44,588 bases of DNA from Patescibacteria group bacterium (GCA_043823825.1 JBDRTU010000052.1:1-44588), one strand, 5' to 3'; shown: positions 29,762 to 38,118, numbered from the stretch's first letter. Notes: generated from the sequence alone by a model not told the origin. Made by a program: numbers and translations.

Positions 29762-30643
29762 TTATCCTAAGGGTACAGTGTCTGAGACTGTTTTTTGTTT
29801 AGGGTATTTTTGTCGCAGTTTTTCAATATCTTTAGCTTGCATTTGCCAGCCAATAGCGCCTAAGTTTTCTTTCAAATGATCAATGGTGCTGGTTTTGGAA
29901 AGTGTTATTACCTTAGCTTGAGAAGTAAGCCAATTAATAGCAACTTGGGCTGGTGTTTTTTCATACTTCACGCAAATATCCCTTAGTATTTTAGGTATTC
30001 GTTTTAGTAATTTACCCTTACCAACTGGCCGCCAAGCTGTTAATAACACATCATTAGCTTGGCAGTAATCCAGTAAACCTGTGACTTCGGGTTCTCTAAA
30101 CTCCAAACTATAATGTACTTGATTGCAAACAATTTTATTTTTCGTATAGCTTTGCGCTTCAGCTAAATGTTCTTTTGTAAAATTAGATACTCCAATATTT
30201 TTTATAAATTTTTGTGCTACTAATTCATCTAAAGTTTTAATAGTTTCTTTAAGGGGAATACCAGGGCTGTATTGGTGCAAAAGATATAAATCTAAATAGT
30301 GAATACCCAAACGTCCTAAGCTGGCTTTGCATGATTTAATCAAGTGATTGTGTTTAAAATGATCAGGCGAGGCTTTGGACACAATAAACAGTTTTGAGCG
30401 GTCATAATTTTTGATCGCTTTCCCTAATAATGTTTCGGCATAACCGTTAGCGTAAACTTCAGCCGTGTCAAAATGTGTAACGCCCAGCTCAATCGCCGTG
30501 CGAATTGCCTTAATATCTTTAACATCATTATTTAAAGGATTATGGCTAAAGCGTCCGCCCATTTGCCAAGTGCCTAAACCATAAATTGGCATAGCAAAAC
30601 CATTTTTTAATTGTTTAGAAGGTATTTTCATATACTCAAACAC
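29762..30643 (-). CDS. Aldo/keto reductase
   Basis: GLGTWQ, FDTAEVY, YLDLYLLH, IGVSNF, NQVHY; start may be the ATG at 30631. Confidence 0.95.
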   Translation of the reverse strand: MFEYMKIPSKQLKNGFAMPIYGLGTWQMGGRFSHNPLNNDVKDIKAIRTAIELGVTHFDTAEVYANGYAETLLGKAIKNYDRSKLFIVSKASPDHFKHNHLIKSCKASLGRLGIHYLDLYLLHQYSPGIPLKETIKTLDELVAQKFIKNIGVSNFTKEHLAEAQSYTKNKIVCNQVHYSLEFREPEVTGLLDYCQANDVLLTAWRPVGKGKLLKRIPKILRDICVKYEKTPAQVAINWLTSQAKVITLSKTSTIDHLKENLGAIGWQMQAKDIEKLRQKYPKQKTVSDTVPLG

Positions 30644-30653
30644 ATAATTCTTA

Positions 30654-30672
30654 TGGTACCATTCGTACGAAT
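30654..30672. repeat. 19-bp direct repeat, copy 1 (candidate ArsR operator)
   Basis: TGGTACCATTCGTACGAAT, containing the palindrome ATTCGTACGAAT. Confidence 0.8.
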
Positions 30673-30932
30673 TAGACCAGTTTTAGCAGAGTACGTAGCG
30701 CGCGCGAAGGAGTGGGAGTTAAAAAGTAAAATATTTGTAAGCCGCTTTGCTCGCGTTCTACAATGTCAGCCGAGGCCAGTACAGCCAGATGTTTAGAGGT
30801 AGAACGGAAAGAAAGCTTAATCGTGGCCGCAATTTCACCAACTGAAGCTGGTTGATGGGTTTTTAGGTGCTTAATAATTGCTAAACGACGACGGTTAGCT
30901 AGAGCTTTAAGTATTTTTTCCAGTTCTCTCAT
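30672..30932 (-). CDS. ArsR/SmtB family transcriptional regulator
   Basis: KALANRRRLAII, SVGEIA, TSKHLAVL. Confidence 0.9.
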   Translation of the reverse strand: MRELEKILKALANRRRLAIIKHLKTHQPASVGEIAATIKLSFRSTSKHLAVLASADIVEREQSGLQIFYFLTPTPSRALRTLLKLV

Positions 30933-30959
30933 AGTTAAATTATATCAGATCAATACTAT

Positions 30960-30978
30960 TGGTACCATTCGTACGAAT
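30960..30978. repeat. 19-bp direct repeat, copy 2
   Basis: Identical to 30654-30672. Confidence 0.8.
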
Positions 30979-30982
30979 AAGA

Positions 30983-31693
30983 CTAGGGTTTTTGCGAGGG
31001 TAGGGTGAGCCAGCGGCGGCGTTCGATTTTGGGAAAATGTTCAATAGCATACCTGAGGGCAGTGCGGGGCATATCCTTAGCATTTTGTTTTAAAAATTTT
31101 ACTAACACTTTTTTATCTCTCTTTCCTACTTCTCTCAGCATCCATCCTACTGCTTTATGTATTAAATCGTGCTGATCTCTTAACAATATTTTAGAGATTT
31201 TTAAAGTATGATCAAATTTATGATTTCTGATAAATTGAAAAGTAGAAATAATAGCAATGCGCCGTTCCCAAATGTTTTTGGAACGCGCTAACTTTGTTAG
31301 CAAGCTGGTATTTCGGCTAAGTAAATAGGCACCAACTATTTTATGAGCAGATAAATCAACTAAATCCCAGTTGTTTATATATCGTATATTTTTTAAATAA
31401 AAGTTATAAATTTTTTGTTTAAGTTTGGCATCTCCGTGCTCAAAATTGTGAACTAAAATAAATAAGGCTATTTGTCGTTCCTCGTGGAACATTGATTTTA
31501 AGAGTTTAGAAATGTCGTTAAATGCTAGGTTTTTATACTTTTGTGCTAAAGTACGCGATTGTGGCACTGTTAGGCCTAAAAATTTATCACCCTCGCCATA
31601 TTGACCCTTTCCAGTTTTGAAAAACCATTGCGAAACTTTGGCCCGCGCTGGGCTAGCTTGCTTTCTTATTTCTTTTTTTATACATTTTAACAT
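30983..31693 (-). CDS. DNA alkylation repair protein (AlkD-like)
   Basis: FFKTGKGQYGEGDKFLG, NNWDLVD, HKAVGWMLRE, MPRTALRYAIE. Confidence 0.92.
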   Translation of the reverse strand: MLKCIKKEIRKQASPARAKVSQWFFKTGKGQYGEGDKFLGLTVPQSRTLAQKYKNLAFNDISKLLKSMFHEERQIALFILVHNFEHGDAKLKQKIYNFYLKNIRYINNWDLVDLSAHKIVGAYLLSRNTSLLTKLARSKNIWERRIAIISTFQFIRNHKFDHTLKISKILLRDQHDLIHKAVGWMLREVGKRDKKVLVKFLKQNAKDMPRTALRYAIEHFPKIERRRWLTLPSQKP

Positions 31694-31697
31694 ACTT

Positions 31698-33023
31698 TTA
31701 ATTTACCTTATTCATCAACATTGGAATAGTTAGATGCTTTCGCACTGATTCACCTTTTATCCTATTTAATTTCCTTATTGGCATATCACCTCTAGCTTGT
31801 ACATGTTGTGGAGTTTTTTGAGCACTTAAACTTGCGGCTGAATATAAACAGTGTTTACCAAATTTGGCTGACATTTTATCTACAGCTTCATATAATCTTT
31901 TTAATTTTTCTATTCTGACAATCGGTTCAAATAATGTTCGCTGTAAACCTTCTAAAGGTATTAAGTTTGCCAACACTACGCCAGTAGCACGGTAAAAATT
32001 ACCGTGTTTAAATAATTGGCTAAATAAGCGATGTATAATGGTCATCATGTCTTGAGGAAAATTAGAGGCACGGTTTAGTTTGGCTTCAAGGCCGACAGTG
32101 CGGTAATTTTGTAGGCGTAAAATAATTATTAGATCTTGTGCCACTAAGTTGTGGCGACGCGCTTTAATACAAGCGTTTTCTAAATTTTTTACTAATTGCG
32201 CATAAACATAAGCCGGGCTATTTGATGGGGGTGTAAAAGTTTTAGTTTTGCTAATAGAAATATAATCGGTTTTTTCTTCTGGCGCGACATCATATACTGA
32301 ATGACCATTAAGCTCTTGCCACATCTCGTAGTGTGGTTTGGTAAAATGTTGTTTTATAAAATTTTCGTTTTTATTAACAAAATCCAGCGCGTTTTTTATA
32401 CCAAGTTTCAAACAATAAGCAGCTGTGCGTGGTCCTATGCCCCAAATTTTTTCAATAGGTGTTATTTTTAAATATTTATGTATTTCTCGCCCCGCAATAG
32501 CAGTAAAGCCTGATGGTTTTTTATATTTGGAGGCGATTTTGCAAAGCACTTTAGATAAACTAAGCCCAACTGAAACTGTAATTCCTAGTTCAGATTCTAT
32601 AGTTGCTTTTATTTTTTGAGCAATGATGGAGTAGGAACAGTGGAATGGCCGTTGTAGACCAGTTAAATCAGCAAAACCTTCATCAATTGAATATTCTTCC
32701 ACTTGCGAAGTAAATCGGCGCATAATAGAAAACAGGCGTTTGGAAAATAAACTGTAAGTTTCATAATCAGAAGGTAAAATAATAGCATTGGGACAAAGTT
32801 TTTTTACTTCCCATAGTGGTACGCCCCGACCAACCCCCTTAGCCTTAGCTTCATAACTAGCAGCTGCTACTATTCCCCTTTCTTTGCCAGTAATTACCGG
32901 GCGGCCGCGGTATTCTGGGTGTAAAGCTTGTTCGCAAGATGCAAAAAAAGCATCGCCGTCGACATGCAGAATTGCTCGCGGCCAGGATGAAATAGTTAGG
33001 GGTTTACTGGTTGACAAATTCAT
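31698..33023 (-). CDS. dinB: Y-family DNA polymerase (Pol IV / UmuC-like)
   Basis: HVDGDAFFASCE, ASYEAK, YSIDEG, IWGIG, UmuC-like C-terminal tail. Confidence 0.93.
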   Translation of the reverse strand: MNLSTSKPLTISSWPRAILHVDGDAFFASCEQALHPEYRGRPVITGKERGIVAAASYEAKAKGVGRGVPLWEVKKLCPNAIILPSDYETYSLFSKRLFSIMRRFTSQVEEYSIDEGFADLTGLQRPFHCSYSIIAQKIKATIESELGITVSVGLSLSKVLCKIASKYKKPSGFTAIAGREIHKYLKITPIEKIWGIGPRTAAYCLKLGIKNALDFVNKNENFIKQHFTKPHYEMWQELNGHSVYDVAPEEKTDYISISKTKTFTPPSNSPAYVYAQLVKNLENACIKARRHNLVAQDLIIILRLQNYRTVGLEAKLNRASNFPQDMMTIIHRLFSQLFKHGNFYRATGVVLANLIPLEGLQRTLFEPIVRIEKLKRLYEAVDKMSAKFGKHCLYSAASLSAQKTPQHVQARGDMPIRKLNRIKGESVRKHLTIPMLMNKVN

Positions 33024-33119
33024 TTATTTAATATATAGTAAATTGTTATTGTTTTTTAAGCTGTACTTTATCAAATTACCCCCTAAATAAAGGGGAATCA
33101 TATAACAACATAAGGAGAA

Positions 33120-33836
33120 ATGCTCATGAGCAAGAAGCATGAGATAACTCTGCCGGCCGAGCAGGCCAGCGAACTTATGGCCCCGATAGTATCGGTGGTC
33201 ATGAGTACACAACCCACAGATGCGCAGTACTGGATAAGCCGTAAACGCAAGTTTGAGGCCGAACTGCGCAACCTCATCTGTCGCGGTACCGTTCCCTTCG
33301 CCGATCTCATTGCCGAATGGGAAAAGTTTTATCTGGAGGTATTTGGACTGGATAAGAATTTTTCCAGTCTCCGTATTCCGAAACCGCAGGAAGGTTTCAG
33401 CCGTCCTATCATTGAGGCGGGTGAAATTACCAATAGCCGGGTTTTTGCCAAGTGTAAGGAATTATTTCCAGCCAGGAAGTACGCCGACAATCTGGACACT
33501 GTTACTAATATCACTCCGTGGACGCCTGGTGATCGCGCTTATTGGATCCGCGATCGGGTGGAGGCTGATGAAGAGCTGAAGAATATTTCGACCAACAATT
33601 TGGCTAACCAGAACATTGTCGGCATCACCTTGAAGGGTCGGCTTCTGTTTGAGGTCAAATATTTTAAGGAAACTGGCCAGCATCTGGATATCCAGAACAT
33701 TACACTCTGTTCCGGTTCCCGCGATGCCGCTGGTGATGTGCCGAGCGTGCGCTGGAACGACGACGAGCTGCACGTCGGTTGGACGAGTCCTGGCATTCAG
33801 GACGACCGCCTGCGTTCTCGTGCAGTAGTTTCGTAA
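33120..33836 (+). CDS. DGR target protein 1 (C-terminal variable region, probable C-type lectin fold)
   Basis: RBS TAAGGAG; last 40 codons match TR; paralogue of target 2 (WIRDRVEAD, YFKE.G.HLDIQ.ITLCSGSR). Confidence 0.93.
   Translation: MLMSKKHEITLPAEQASELMAPIVSVVMSTQPTDAQYWISRKRKFEAELRNLICRGTVPFADLIAEWEKFYLEVFGLDKNFSSLRIPKPQEGFSRPIIEAGEITNSRVFAKCKELFPARKYADNLDTVTNITPWTPGDRAYWIRDRVEADEELKNISTNNLANQNIVGITLKGRLLFEVKYFKETGQHLDIQNITLCSGSRDAAGDVPSVRWNDDELHVGWTSPGIQDDRLRSRAVVS
33714..33833 (+). repeat. DGR variable repeat VR1
   Basis: 120 nt, 17 mismatches to TR, all at TR adenines (11 G, 4 C, 2 T). Confidence 0.97.
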
Positions 33837-33908
33837 CCCTTGTAACTTTTTACTTTTTCCCTTAACTCACTGATTTATTTTATTCACTTTTCAAGAAAGG
33901 AACAGCTC

Positions 33909-34640
33909 ATGGAAAAGTATGAGACAGTCCTGGTGTCAGCTTCGGTTGACCAAGTTAAAGATGTGGTCGCTACACTGTGCCAGGCCATCCCCAAAGGGAT
34001 GACGTCAAGTGATGCCCAGTCCATCAGCGGGAAGAAAGGCAAATTTATTGCCGATATCAGGCAGGTGTTTGCTAAGTACTCAACCGCTTCGGTGCTCGCA
34101 AGCGTCCTGTTGGAATGGCAGGATTTGTGGAAAGAGTTTGGTGTCTCTCTGGACTTATCAGAGCTCGTGATTCCGGAATGCCAGGAGGGCTTTGATCGCC
34201 TGTTGGTGATACCGCAAGGCATCGGTGCCGAGCGGGTATTCCAGAGGTGTAAATCCACTTTCGGTGCCTGGAAGTATACCGACTGTGGTCTGGATGAAGT
34301 AGTGCCGACCAATGACCGCACGAACATCAAGACCTACGAGGTTTGGATCCGCGATCGGGTGGAGGCTGATAAAGAATTGAAAAATATGTCAGCCAACACT
34401 TTGGCTCAAGCCAAGATTCTGGGGGTTACCCTACTTGAACGGCTCGTGTATGAGTGGAAGTATTTCAAGGAGTCGGGTAAGCACCTGGACATTCAGAAAA
34501 TCACGCTGTGTTCCGGTTCCCGCGATGCCGATGGTAATGTGCCGTGCGTGTACTGGCTCGGCGGCAAGCTGCGCGTCCATTGGGCGCCTCCTGGCTATCA
34601 GTTCGACAGCCTGCGTTCTCGTGCAGCAGTTTCTCTTTAA
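33909..34640 (+). CDS. DGR target protein 2
   Basis: RBS AAAGGA; C-terminal VR2; paralogue of target 1. Confidence 0.93.
   Translation: MEKYETVLVSASVDQVKDVVATLCQAIPKGMTSSDAQSISGKKGKFIADIRQVFAKYSTASVLASVLLEWQDLWKEFGVSLDLSELVIPECQEGFDRLLVIPQGIGAERVFQRCKSTFGAWKYTDCGLDEVVPTNDRTNIKTYEVWIRDRVEADKELKNMSANTLAQAKILGVTLLERLVYEWKYFKESGKHLDIQKITLCSGSRDADGNVPCVYWLGGKLRVHWAPPGYQFDSLRSRAAVSL
34515..34633 (+). repeat. DGR variable repeat VR2
   Basis: 119 nt, 20 mismatches to TR, all at TR adenines (8 G, 6 C, 6 T). Confidence 0.97.
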
Positions 34641-34693
34641 ACTTAATTCTTTTTTCCTTTTTCAAAATCACGAAGAAAGGAGAAGAATTTATC

Positions 34694-34730
34694 CCCCAAG
34701 TTGTGCGGAGTACAACTTGGGGATTTTTTT
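34694..34730 (+). terminator. Hairpin with GGA loop and T-run downstream of VR2 (terminator and/or DGR homing stem-loop)
   Basis: CCCCAAGTTGTGC-GGA-GTACAACTTGGGG-ATTTTTTT. Confidence 0.75.
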
Positions 34731-34935
34731 ATATAATTAATATGGCTACTACAATCGGTCCGCCTTGGGTGGATAGCGGTTTGCCAACATAACGAAACTG
34801 CTTACTTTGTTCTAGAGAATATTTCTATAATAATTTTATAGGATGCTTCTAAACACAGCCCGCCGACGGCGGGATAACTCAAGTAACTTTGTAAAAGGTT
34901 GCTGGCGAATATGGACGGGGCAAGGTAATAAAACG

Positions 34936-35055
34936 GGTTCCCGCAATGCCGATGGTAATGTGCCGAACGTGAACTGGAACGACGACAAGCTGAACGTCAA
35001 TTGGACGAATCCTGACAATCAGAACGACAACCTGCGTTCTCGTGCAGAAGTTTCG
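34936..35055 (+). ncRNA. DGR template repeat (TR)
   Basis: 120 nt, 34 adenines, 11 AAY codons in the target frame; identical to both VRs at non-A positions over the aligned length. Confidence 0.97.
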
Positions 35056-35056
35056 G

Positions 35057-35091
35057 AAAAACACCTGGTCTTAATTAGGCTTGGTGTTTTT
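35057..35091. terminator. Hairpin between TR and the 3' end of avd (bidirectional terminator or DGR spacer structure)
   Basis: AAAAACACC...GGTGTTTTT. Confidence 0.6.
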
Positions 35092-35478
35092 ATTTACTAT
35101 TATTAAGGTACTTTATCCAACCATTAGTCATTTTAGAAAGATTTTGTAGGTCGGTTTCCATGTCCAAATAGGTTTTACTTTCTACAATGTGTAAATTGTT
35201 ACTTAGACGAATTAATCTTTTTAAAATTTCTAATTTTATTCGCAGTGTTTTAAGCGGGGCATTTTTTTGGCTTCCAGATTCAAATGATGCAGTAATACAT
35301 AATTCTATAGTTTCTAGACAGATATTTTCAATTTTTAAGTATATTCCATAATGGTCGCGCTTCGTCATTTTTGGTCCCAACTGGTAAACTGTTTGGTAGA
35401 AAGTTGTTAGTTTATGCACCAAAGGCACGTCAAAAGTGTCGGGGGGGGGGGGGGCGATACTGGAAAAGTTTTGGTCAT
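35090..35478 (-). CDS. avd: Avd-like accessory four-helix-bundle protein; ATG at 35478 out of frame at C14 (currently open only from GTG 35428)
   Basis: DVPLVHKLTTFY, KRDHYGIYLKIEN, LEILKRLIRL, GWIKYL; lies between TR and RT. Confidence 0.85.
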
Positions 35479-36483
35479 AATATTTTTGAAAAAATAATTA
35501 ATTTAGAAAATTTGTTTTTAGCTTGGCGAGAGTTTAGGCGCGGTAAACGAAGTAAATTAGATGTACAGAAGTTTGAATTTAAGTTAGAAGACAATTTATT
35601 TACTATTCATGATCAGTTGGCCAGTGGGATTTATGTAAATAACCCCTATGTTTCTTTTTATATTACCGATCCGAAATTGCGGCATATTCATAAAGCTAGT
35701 GTTAGGGATAGAGTAATAAATCAGGCGGTATTTCGTGTGTTATATCCTATTTTTGATAAAGTTTTTGCATATGATTCGTATTCTTGTCGGGATAATAAGG
35801 GGTTACACAAAGCAGTTGATAGATTAGAGTTATTTTTAAGGCGCGTTAGTCGAAATTATCAAGAGCCAGTTTGGGTGCTTAAATGCGATGTTAAGAAATT
35901 TTTTGATTCTGTTGATCAGGAGCGATTATTTGGCTTTATTTGTAAAAGATTATTTGACAGACGAGCGTTGGATTTGGTTGAGAGAATAATTAGTAGTTTT
36001 TCTGTTAGTGCTGGTAAGGGGTTGCCGCTAGGAAACGTTACCAGCCAGTTGTTCGCCAACATTTATTTGAATGAACTGGACCAGTTTATCAAACACCAGT
36101 TAAGGGTAAAATATTATTTGCGGTATTGTGACGATTTTATTATTTTAGATAATGGTAAAAAATATTTATCTGGATTAATTGATAAGATTAACGAGTTTTT
36201 AAAGAATAATTTAGAGCTGGAATTACATCCAAGAAAAATTATCATTAGAAAATACCGGCAAGGTATAGATTATTTGGGTTATGTTTGTTTGCCACATTAT
36301 CGGGTGCCGCGCACCAAAACTAAACGGCGGATATTAAGGGTATTGGTGGGGAAAAGTTATTTAGTTAAACAGGGGCGTTTTAGTCAAACGATTTTTTATA
36401 GCTCTCTCCAATCTTATTTTGGAGTTTTAAAACATTGTCGAGGGTTTAAGGTTAAGCAGCAGATTTTATCAGTAATTAAATAG
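35414..36483 (+). CDS. DGR reverse transcriptase; ATG at 35414 out of frame at G14 (currently open only from non-ATG starts such as TTG 35371/35404)
   Basis: RDRV, KCDVKKFFDSV, GLPLGNVTSQLFAN, YCDD, IDYLGY; no in-frame Met anywhere in the ORF. Confidence 0.95.
35441..35454. repeat. G14 homopolymer inside the avd/RT overlap
   Basis: 14 consecutive G in an AT-rich genome. Confidence 0.95.
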
Positions 36484-36485
36484 CA

Positions 36486-37070
36486 TTATTTATATTTTCT
36501 AATAACCGCGGTTACTACGCCGGCGATTTTTAGTTCTTCTTTGGCTGTGACTATATGAAATCTTTTATTAGCCGGCACCAACACCACTTGTCCGCCGCGT
36601 TTTTCAAAATATTTTATAGTCCATTCCCTATCAACTTCAGCTACAACAATGTCGCCATGTCTTGGTTCACGGCCGCGCTCTAAAATCACCATATCTCCGG
36701 GTTGAATACCAGCATCAATCATAGAATCACCCGTTACTTTTAGCATAAAACTAGCTTCTTTATTTCTTATTAACCAATCATCAAGCGACAGAGTATCTAC
36801 CATTTCTTCTTCAGCCGGGCTGGGGAAACCAGCTTGAATAGTACCGAGTAGTTTTAACGGCAATAGTCGTTTCCCAGGTAGTAGCTTACCTAAATAATCT
36901 TTTTTCGCCCAACCAAAAGAAAACCATTTTTGGGCCAAACGCTGAGCCGCAAACTTGGATTTGAATTTACAAAAATTTGCTATCTCAGTATAACTAGGCA
37001 TGCGCTGGTTTTGCCCATAAAATTTTTGTAGCTTTTCTAAATATAGATTGTTATTAGGTGGTCGTCCCAT
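36486..37070 (-). CDS. lexA: LexA/UmuD family S24 autopeptidase with N-terminal HTH
   Basis: MPSYTEIA, IQAGFPSPA (Ala-Gly cleavage site), VTGDSMIDAGI, TIKYF. Confidence 0.9.
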   Translation of the reverse strand: MGRPPNNNLYLEKLQKFYGQNQRMPSYTEIANFCKFKSKFAAQRLAQKWFSFGWAKKDYLGKLLPGKRLLPLKLLGTIQAGFPSPAEEEMVDTLSLDDWLIRNKEASFMLKVTGDSMIDAGIQPGDMVILERGREPRHGDIVVAEVDREWTIKYFEKRGGQVVLVPANKRFHIVTAKEELKIAGVVTAVIRKYK

Positions 37071-37079
37071 ATAGTATTA

Positions 37080-37097
37080 AGTGTACTATCGTACACT
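37080..37097. promoter_or_regulatory. Candidate SOS box
   Basis: AGTGTAC-TATC-GTACACT, 9 bp upstream of the lexA start codon. Confidence 0.7.
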
Positions 37098-37253
37098 AAA
37101 TAAGTCAAGTAAATATAATCCACACCAAGTACTACTTAGTAGATATAGATAAAGATCAATTTTAATTACGCACGCCTCGTCATGTATATCCTACCCGGGG
37201 CGAACTTATACAGAGTCAAGTACTCTTTTGGCAAAGTGCTACAATTATCATAT

Positions 37254-37994
37254 ATGCTGAAGATCTTTGGTTTACCAATTTCTGATATTTCTTATTCTGA
37301 AACAATAAATCAAATCAAAACCTGGTTAAAACAGCCAGGTCAGTACTTAATAGTAACGGTCAACCCTGAAATTTTGCTACAGGCAAAAAAAGATCTATCT
37401 TATCGTAACATCCTGCAAAAGAGCTCATTATGTGTGCCTGATGGTTTTGGGATAATTTTGCTTTCTTACTTAATTGGCAAAGCTTTAACCAAGGGAAGAG
37501 TGCGAGGGGTGGATTTGGCTGACCATTTAATGAGTAATGCATTAAGTAGTGGCCATAACGTCTTTTTAATAGGAAATTCGGAAACGGTATTAACTAAGGT
37601 AGCCAGTAAGTATGAAGGTGGAATAAATTATACAGTGGGCCCAATGTTTACCAGCAAGGCGAGTTTTCCCTTAAATGATCCTGTAAATAATGAGCTTATT
37701 AATAAAATAAAGGCAGCTAAACCAGATATTCTTTTAGTTGCGTTTGGAGCGCCTAAACAAGAATATTGGCTTAATTATTATTTATCACAACTCCCAAGCG
37801 TTAAGGTTGGAATCGGAGTAGGGGGAAGTTTTGATTATTTAGGTAAAAAGGTTGGACGAGCACCTAGTTTTTTCCAGAAGTTGGGTTTGGAATGGTTTTG
37901 GCGAGTACTTAGACAACCTTGGAGATTGATTAGAATAATACGTGCAGTGATAATTTTCCCAATATTAGCCATTTTTGACCATTTTAAGCACTAA
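37254..37994 (+). CDS. WecB/TagA/CpsF family glycosyltransferase
   Basis: VTVNPE, VPDGFG, RVRGVDL, GAPKQE, GVGGSFD, GLEWFWR; start may be 37182 or 37254. Confidence 0.93.
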   Translation: MLKIFGLPISDISYSETINQIKTWLKQPGQYLIVTVNPEILLQAKKDLSYRNILQKSSLCVPDGFGIILLSYLIGKALTKGRVRGVDLADHLMSNALSSGHNVFLIGNSETVLTKVASKYEGGINYTVGPMFTSKASFPLNDPVNNELINKIKAAKPDILLVAFGAPKQEYWLNYYLSQLPSVKVGIGVGGSFDYLGKKVGRAPSFFQKLGLEWFWRVLRQPWRLIRIIRAVIIFPILAIFDHFKH

Positions 37995-38003
37995 AAAGCA
38001 GAT

Positions 38004-38019
38004 TGTTCCACGTGGAACA
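38004..38019. promoter_or_regulatory. parS site 1
   Basis: TGTTCCACGTGGAACA matches the ParB/Spo0J consensus. Confidence 0.9.
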
Positions 38020-38118
38020 ATTGGCAAAAAAACCTTGATTTTATTGATATAATTGACTGTTTTCATTATTTAGCTATAATATACAAGCAAGATTTACAAA
38101 ACATTAATTTATGGTTAT

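Larger units (their letters stand above)
33120..36483 (+). mobile_element. Diversity-generating retroelement: target1-target2-TR-avd(antisense)-RT
   Basis: Adenine-specific TR/VR mismatches, DGR-type RT and Avd-sized helical protein. Confidence 0.97.

Noticed and set aside
29427-29802. Small ORFs of 64-76 aa
   Set aside because: They overlap tRNA genes and repeats. 29621-29760 may be an integrative-element remnant but I cannot support that.
33714-35055. Three 120-bp repeats as a CRISPR array or simple duplication
   Set aside because: Wrong size and spacing; differences are restricted to adenines
34843-35106. 87-aa ORF spanning TR
   Set aside because: Asn-rich translation of the template repeat in the target frame; TR functions as RNA
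35371-36483. RT as a group II intron, retron or CRISPR-associated RT
   Set aside because: No maturase/endonuclease domain or cas genes; TR/VR pairs and the LGNxxSQ motif indicate a DGR
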